Positions 58,836-64,000 of a stretch of DNA of 64,000 nucleotides are shown here, piece by piece. The notes under the pieces are model-generated. The model was not told the DNA's origin and made no database searches. It worked only from the letters and a program-made list of their open reading frames with translations. Position 1 is the stretch's first letter; every line of letters begins with the position of its first letter. Source of the DNA: Methanotrichaceae archaeon (GTDB taxonomy: Archaea > Halobacteriota > Methanosarcinia > Methanotrichales > Methanotrichaceae); assembly GCA_963748825.1 (NCBI GenBank), contig CAVVKN010000009.1:64001-128000 (forward strand), read 5' to 3'. Position numbers and translations under genes: made by a program.

Positions 58836-59741
58836 ATGGACGCATTTAGCATGGGGCTTATAGCTGCGATGGGCGCCCTTGCGACGGTTGCTGGTGCTTC
58901 TGAGGATATAGAATCCGATATAGGATCTCAGAGCAATCCCAACTCGCAAGTACAACTGGCCGCCCAGGTCGGCAACCCCCACAGGATTTATAATAAGGCC
59001 ATTTCGGGAGAACCCCCGGCCAACGCCCTGTGGTGTGCCACTGCTGCTATGGTAGCCTATACGCTTATTACTGCCTACCAGATGCCCGCACTGCTTGCCC
59101 TAGTGGCAGGCGCATCCGTTGCTGCTTTTTTCAACGGTGTCTTATCGATGAGCTCCTACTTTGGCAGGAATTCCAGCCAAGCTAGGTTCAACCAGTGGGT
59201 TTATCTGGATATCGTCAGGTATACCACGCCATCTATTATGGCGCATGCCTGGATAACATCGTTTTGTATTGCAACTATATCGTACATCATGGTATACATG
59301 TTGCCTACCCCACACCCGTTCCCGATGACAATTATTGCCTTGATTTGGGGATTGGCTGTTGGTGCTATCGGCTCATCCGTGGGCGATATCCACTATGGTG
59401 GTGAGCGCGAATTCCAGAACAGGCAGTTCGGTTGTGGTCTGAACACCATGCTGTCCGGCCAGATTGTAAGAAAGGCTGAGGCAGGTTTACGAAACTCCAT
59501 TGATAACGCCTGGTTCTGCACCAAGTTCGGCGGTCCCGCCACGGGAATGGGCTTTGGCCTGACGGTCTTTTTGGACAACTGGAGAACAACGGTATTCGAT
59601 CCGGTAACTCAGGCATCATTCGCCATCGCCATGGGACTGTTCTTTATCATAGTGATGGTAATCTATAACAACTACATTGAAAAGTCCACCAGGAAAAAGT
59701 ACGGACCATACCCAGAGTACAAGGGGGATATTGCAGCATGA
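58836..59741 (+). CDS. mtrE: Tetrahydromethanopterin S-methyltransferase subunit E
   Basis: EDIESDIGSQSNPNSQVQLA, ISGEP and GDIHYGGER motifs. Confidence 0.97.
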   Translation: MDAFSMGLIAAMGALATVAGASEDIESDIGSQSNPNSQVQLAAQVGNPHRIYNKAISGEPPANALWCATAAMVAYTLITAYQMPALLALVAGASVAAFFNGVLSMSSYFGRNSSQARFNQWVYLDIVRYTTPSIMAHAWITSFCIATISYIMVYMLPTPHPFPMTIIALIWGLAVGAIGSSVGDIHYGGEREFQNRQFGCGLNTMLSGQIVRKAEAGLRNSIDNAWFCTKFGGPATGMGFGLTVFLDNWRTTVFDPVTQASFAIAMGLFFIIVMVIYNNYIEKSTRKKYGPYPEYKGDIAA

Positions 59742-60427
59742 ACTTTGACATTAATACCATTGTCTACATCCTGGAGATCGTCGTAGGTGGCCTCCTAGTA
59801 GGCATCGGTGTCCACTTTGTGCCGGTGGGTGGCGCCCCTGCCGCTATGGCTCAAGCTTCCGGTATCGGTACAGGCACAGTGCAGCTCGCTGCCGGCTCTG
59901 GCCTCACCGGTCTACTAGCCGCCGGCCTTATGATGTCAGTCACAGACAACCTCTGGCTCATCCTGGCCTCAGGAGCTGTAGGCGCAGGAATCATGATCGG
60001 CTCTACAATGCTCACAGGATCCTGGATCTACGCTTATGCAGTGGGTGTACCATTCGCTTCTGCCAAGGTCAACTTCGACCCCATAACCGGATTTTCCCAG
60101 CCGCCTTATGTGGCCCCGGGAACAGTTGGCCAGGGCATACCCACAGTCTGCTTTACCAGCGGCCTGATCGGCGGTATGATGGGGGGTCTTGGCGGCGCCA
60201 TGATCTACTATCCACTCTATCTGATCAACGGCAACGCCGCTTTGAGCGCCATGTTCGCCATTGGTATCTTCCTGGTGAACGCTGTGATTGCATCCTGGAA
60301 CATCCAGGGAACCATCGAGGGCTTCCACGACCCCAAGTTCAAAAAGTGGCCCTTCGCCTTCAAAGCCTGCGCCATTGCCAGCATTCTGCTCGCTTTAGCG
60401 TCAGTGTTGATCACGGGAGGTGCCTGA
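59738..60427 (+). CDS. mtrD: Mtr subunit D
   Basis: HFVPVGGAPAAMA and GTIEGFHDPKFK motifs. Confidence 0.97.
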   Translation: MNFDINTIVYILEIVVGGLLVGIGVHFVPVGGAPAAMAQASGIGTGTVQLAAGSGLTGLLAAGLMMSVTDNLWLILASGAVGAGIMIGSTMLTGSWIYAYAVGVPFASAKVNFDPITGFSQPPYVAPGTVGQGIPTVCFTSGLIGGMMGGLGGAMIYYPLYLINGNAALSAMFAIGIFLVNAVIASWNIQGTIEGFHDPKFKKWPFAFKACAIASILLALASVLITGGA

Positions 60428-60428
60428 A

Positions 60429-61256
60429 ATGTCTTTAGGAGGAGCAGCAGGCGGAGCACCGTCTGCATATGACCCCAAGAAGCTGAGAATGTACGGCCTG
60501 GTTGGGTCCGTCGTGGGTATATATATTGGCGCCATCCTCAACAGCGCGCTGGACACCAATTTATTCTCCTTTATAGGAGCTGTAGCTGCCATATTCGCAG
60601 TGGTAATGGGAGCCAACGCTGTTAGGAGAGTTTGTGCTTATGGTATAGGCACGGGAGTTCCGTCCATCGGCATGCTGGCTCTGGGCATGGGCATCATTGC
60701 CGTCATGTTCGGACTATCTATGGCTGAAACCTTAGGCTCAGTACTGCTCGGCCCCATCATAATCCTGATCTACGCCGGAGTCTTCGGTTATGTCATCGGC
60801 GTCATCGCCAATAAGGTCATCAAGTTCAACATTCCCGTAATGGAAGAGGGCAACGCCGACCTGTCCATGGCAGGAGCACTGGCCATATTGGGCTGGAGCT
60901 TTGCGGTATCCGGCTCTTTGGGCTATGTCGACATTTTGAATAACGTTCTTATGACTGGCTATATCGCCATCATATTCATCGCCGGCGGTCTCGCCATCCT
61001 GCATCCTTTCAACGCCAATCTCGGGCCGGATGAGAAACAGGATCGGACCCTGGTGAATGCGATCATGGTGAGCGGACTGGCCATGATTGCCACAGGAATT
61101 GCAGCTATAGCGACGCAGGGACTTGCGGCCGGACTATTGCAGCTTGTCATCGGCTTTGCCATATGGTTCTACTTCTTCAAGATGTTCTACCGTCTGGTCA
61201 AGAGAGATGCATCAGCAGTGGTCGGAACAGGACTTCTGCCGCCAACGGTGCAGTGA
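60429..61256 (+). CDS. mtrC: Mtr subunit C
   Basis: RRVCAYGIGTGVPSIG and HPFNANLGPDE motifs. Confidence 0.97.
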   Translation: MSLGGAAGGAPSAYDPKKLRMYGLVGSVVGIYIGAILNSALDTNLFSFIGAVAAIFAVVMGANAVRRVCAYGIGTGVPSIGMLALGMGIIAVMFGLSMAETLGSVLLGPIIILIYAGVFGYVIGVIANKVIKFNIPVMEEGNADLSMAGALAILGWSFAVSGSLGYVDILNNVLMTGYIAIIFIAGGLAILHPFNANLGPDEKQDRTLVNAIMVSGLAMIATGIAAIATQGLAAGLLQLVIGFAIWFYFFKMFYRLVKRDASAVVGTGLLPPTVQ

Positions 61257-61268
61257 GGAGGTCTAGAT

Positions 61269-61622
61269 ATGGGATTTGTTAGAGTTTCACCAGAACTGGG
61301 CCTGATCTTCGACCCCATGAAAGGAGTGGTTTCGGAGCAGAGGGCGGACGTAGTTCTGTACACTTTCGACCCGGTTTATGACAGATTGGATAAACTGGAC
61401 AAGATAGCTGATGACCTGGTCAACCAGCTTGCGCCGGACAGCGAGCTTCACTCGTCGTACGCCCACCGAGGTAAGGCCTCCTACATCGCTGGCCTGTACA
61501 CCAACATATGGATGGGGTTCATCATCGGCCTGGTAGTGTCCTTCGTGTTGCTGCTGGCTATGGCGTTTACCAATCCGGCAACCTTCGAGATCGTAAAGAA
61601 GGCACTCGGCGGAGGTGCTTAG
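61269..61622 (+). CDS. mtrB: Mtr subunit B
   Basis: PELGLIFDP..G and LDKIADDL; operon position. Confidence 0.93.
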   Translation: MGFVRVSPELGLIFDPMKGVVSEQRADVVLYTFDPVYDRLDKLDKIADDLVNQLAPDSELHSSYAHRGKASYIAGLYTNIWMGFIIGLVVSFVLLLAMAFTNPATFEIVKKALGGGA

Positions 61623-61624
61623 GA

Positions 61625-62356
61625 ATGGTACTTAAAAAGAAGCCATCTGAGCCTTGGCCGACGATTACCGGCGAGTATGAAGTAGGCAATCCAGAGAGCC
61701 CCGTCGCAGTATGTACCTGCGGCTCACATCTTCACGGCGCCGATCTCATCAAGGCAGGCGCGGGTCTTGTAGGACCGTGCAAGACCGAGAACATCGGCAT
61801 AGAGAAGATGGTGGCCAACGTTATCGCCAATCCCAACATCAGATACGTATTGGTTACGGGAATGGAGGTCAAGGGGCATATCACCGGACAGGCCGTCGAG
61901 GCTTTTACCCAGAGCGGAATTGACAAGGAAGGAAGGATCATTGGTGCCAAGGGAGCCATTCCCTTCATCCAGAACCTGACTCCCGAGTCCATTGAGCGCT
62001 ATAAGAGCCAGGTACAGGCAGTCATGATGATGAACACCGAGGACATGGGGGCCATCACCGGCAAGATCAAAGAGCTGGTCTCCAAGGATCCCGGCGCTCT
62101 TGACGTCGAGCCCATGACCATCGAGATCAAAGAGGGCGACAAAGAAGAAGAGGGAGCCGGGCTTAAGCCCATGGCTGCAGAGATGGTTGAGGTAAGGGGG
62201 AGGATGCGCGGCATAAATACCGCTGTAACCGGCTCCGGTCTTCTCAACAAGCTGCAAGCAGGCATCTATGCCGGCAAGATCGAGGGCATAGCTCTCGGCA
62301 TGACTGTGGTCCTCGTCCTCTTCGGATTAATTCTCAAGGTGGCAGGAGGAAAGTAA
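61625..62356 (+). CDS. mtrA: Mtr subunit A (corrinoid-binding)
   Basis: WP...GEY.VG, CKTENIGIEK, NPNIR, EVKGHITG and GAIPF motifs. Confidence 0.97.
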   Translation: MVLKKKPSEPWPTITGEYEVGNPESPVAVCTCGSHLHGADLIKAGAGLVGPCKTENIGIEKMVANVIANPNIRYVLVTGMEVKGHITGQAVEAFTQSGIDKEGRIIGAKGAIPFIQNLTPESIERYKSQVQAVMMMNTEDMGAITGKIKELVSKDPGALDVEPMTIEIKEGDKEEEGAGLKPMAAEMVEVRGRMRGINTAVTGSGLLNKLQAGIYAGKIEGIALGMTVVLVLFGLILKVAGGK

Positions 62357-62357
62357 A

Positions 62358-62585
62358 ATGGCAGAAGAGATTGCATACGGCCAGGGAATAGCGTCCGTGG
62401 TCGAGCCCAATATGCCTATGATCGATGCAATAGTAGAAGACGTCAGGTACAAGGGCCAGCTCCTGGCCAGAGAGACCAAGCTGAGCTCCGGCGTCCTGGC
62501 TACGGTATCCACAGGATTTGCCATTGGCTTTGTCCTTGCCATTTTGATGATGCTGGGGCCTTTCGCCTTCATGGGGGGAATGTAA
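62358..62585 (+). CDS. mtrF: Mtr subunit F
   Basis: VEDVRYKGQLLARE.KL.SG plus TM helix. Confidence 0.93.
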   Translation: MAEEIAYGQGIASVVEPNMPMIDAIVEDVRYKGQLLARETKLSSGVLATVSTGFAIGFVLAILMMLGPFAFMGGM

Positions 62586-62588
62586 ACT

Positions 62589-62834
62589 ATGGCAGAAGAC
62601 ATTAAGCCGGTAGTACCGGTTGCCGTGGTCGACCCTGATCAACTCAGAGATGTAATGGCGAAGCTGGACAAGATCGAGGAGAAGATAGAATTCTACTCCT
62701 CAGAGAAGTACATGAGAGCCGGCAAGTCCATCGGCAGAGATCTGGGCGCAGCCTATGGTGTCTGCGCTGGGTTGATCTTAATTTTGGCATACATACTATT
62801 CGTATACGCAGGCAATTGGAAAGCGGTGATTTGA
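62589..62834 (+). CDS. mtrG: Mtr subunit G
   Basis: KLDKIEEKIEF...E...R.GK.IGRD.G..YG. Confidence 0.95.
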   Translation: MAEDIKPVVPVAVVDPDQLRDVMAKLDKIEEKIEFYSSEKYMRAGKSIGRDLGAAYGVCAGLILILAYILFVYAGNWKAVI

Positions 62835-63770
62835 ATGTTCAGATTTGATAGGAAGCAGGAAGTCTTCGATTTCGGTAACTTCAAGATAGGGGGCCAGCCC
62901 GGCGAGTACGCCACATGCTGCATCGGCACCATGTTCTACGCCAGGCACAAGATCGTCTCCGATCCGGAGCACGGAGTATTTGATGCGGCAGCTGCCGAGA
63001 GGCTCTGGAATGCACAGGTTGAGATGAGCGACGTCACCGGCAACTCCTGTATGAACCAGATCGTCGCAGAGAGTGATGAGGCCATGAGGAAGGAGATCGA
63101 CTGGTTTGTAGGAGTATCCGATTATCCATTCCTCATCGATTCCTCTGCACCGTCGGTGCGCGCCTTCGGCGTCAAGTACGCTACAGAGATTGGCGTGGCC
63201 GACAGGGCTATCCACAACTCCATAAACGCATCCATCACCGATGAGGAGCTGAAGGCGGTCAAAGAGAGCAAGCTCAACTCAGCTATCGTGCTCGCCTTCA
63301 ACGCCATGGAGAAGGGAACCAAGGGCAAGATGGACATCTTGACCAAGGCTGCCGGCGGCGCTAAGAAGGGCATGCTGGAGTACGCCAAAGAGTGCGGCAT
63401 CACCAGGCCCCTCATCGACACCGCGGCCATGCCGCTGGGAGCCGGTTCCGGCGCAACCTATCGCGCCGTCATTGCCGTCAAGGCCCAGCTCGGCCTGCCG
63501 GTAGGCGCGGGATTCCATAACGGTGCCTCTGCCTGGGACTGGATGAAGAAGTGGAAGAAGCAGCACAAGGAGGCTTTCTCCCCTGTCGATATCGGCTCTA
63601 ACCTGGTAGCCGGAATCGTAGGTGCTGACTACTACCTCTACGGGCCCATAGAAAACGCTCCCATGATATTCCCCGCAGCAGCCATGGTGGATATCATGAA
63701 GGCAGAGTCCGCAGAAGAGCTGGGATTGGAAGTTCTGGCTGAGAAGCATCCCCGGAAGACGACGCTTTAG
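62835..63770 (+). CDS. mtrH: Mtr subunit H
   Basis: MFRFDRKQ, GGQPGEY, PFLIDS, HNSIN and YGPIENA motifs. Confidence 0.97.
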   Translation: MFRFDRKQEVFDFGNFKIGGQPGEYATCCIGTMFYARHKIVSDPEHGVFDAAAAERLWNAQVEMSDVTGNSCMNQIVAESDEAMRKEIDWFVGVSDYPFLIDSSAPSVRAFGVKYATEIGVADRAIHNSINASITDEELKAVKESKLNSAIVLAFNAMEKGTKGKMDILTKAAGGAKKGMLEYAKECGITRPLIDTAAMPLGAGSGATYRAVIAVKAQLGLPVGAGFHNGASAWDWMKKWKKQHKEAFSPVDIGSNLVAGIVGADYYLYGPIENAPMIFPAAAMVDIMKAESAEELGLEVLAEKHPRKTTL

Positions 63771-63775
63771 GTCGC

Positions 63776-63798
63776 CTTCTCTTTTTCTTTCTTTTTTG
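63776..63798 (+). terminator. T-rich archaeal terminator-like tract after mtrH
   Basis: cttctctttttctttctttttt immediately after the stop codon. Confidence 0.5.
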
Positions 63799-63811
63799 GG
63801 GGAGGATTTTT

Positions 63812-64000
63812 TTGCCCCGCGTTTTAGTAAAAGCTGTTTTTGAAGACATCAAGTTTCAATGCCAGAGATGCGGCTCTTGCTGCCATCACAAGAGACCCCT
63901 TGATTTTGATGATCTCGTTCCCATGGAACAAATGAAGGAGTTCTGGGAGAAATCCAATCTGATCTACCTCACAGAAAAAGATGTCACCGCCATATCCAAA
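63812..64000 (+). CDS. YkgJ-family CxxCxxCC protein, N-terminal part (runs off the window end)
   Basis: Manual translation (M)PRVLVKAVFEDIKFQCQRCGSCCHH...IYLTEKDV; GGAGGA upstream of TTG. Confidence 0.75.
   Translation, partial: MPRVLVKAVFEDIKFQCQRCGSCCHHKRPLDFDDLVPMEQMKEFWEKSNLIYLTEKDVTAISK

Noticed and set aside
61508-61624. Extended N-terminus of MtrA suggesting a fusion
   Set aside because: Overlaps mtrB in another frame; GGAGGTG SD and homology support ATG 61625.

Overview
Archaeal methanogen chromosome segment, most consistent with an aceticlastic Methanothrix-like organism. This is inferred from the complete mtrEDCBAFGH operon, Ahb-type haem genes, intron-containing tRNAs and gene style; it was not verified by a database search. 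Core genes: dapB-dapA-rps17e-thiD, trkH-trkA-trkH, larC, hemL-hemC-cobA/hemD-ahbC, aIF-1A-rio1-KH, uppS, a glycogen cluster, HMG-CoA synthase/thiolase/DUF35, carS and mtr, plus four tRNAs (Val, Arg with intron, Thr, Gly with intron). Three accessory patches: a two-component signalling island with an IS and a CheBR remnant (6.4-15 kb), a toxin-antitoxin patch including DarTG built on repeated hsdS and antitoxin remnants (29-31.9 kb), and an AT-rich insert after tRNA-Arg (39.6-43.7 kb). The most notable observations missing from the ORF track are: (i) two tandem 38/39-aa peptide genes ending LLDTCE, directly downstream of a radical SAM/SPASM gene; (ii) apparently obligatory CTG start codons for aIF-1A and hemC; (iii) two paralogous receiver proteins carrying a His-less pseudo-DHp domain that bracket the signalling island.
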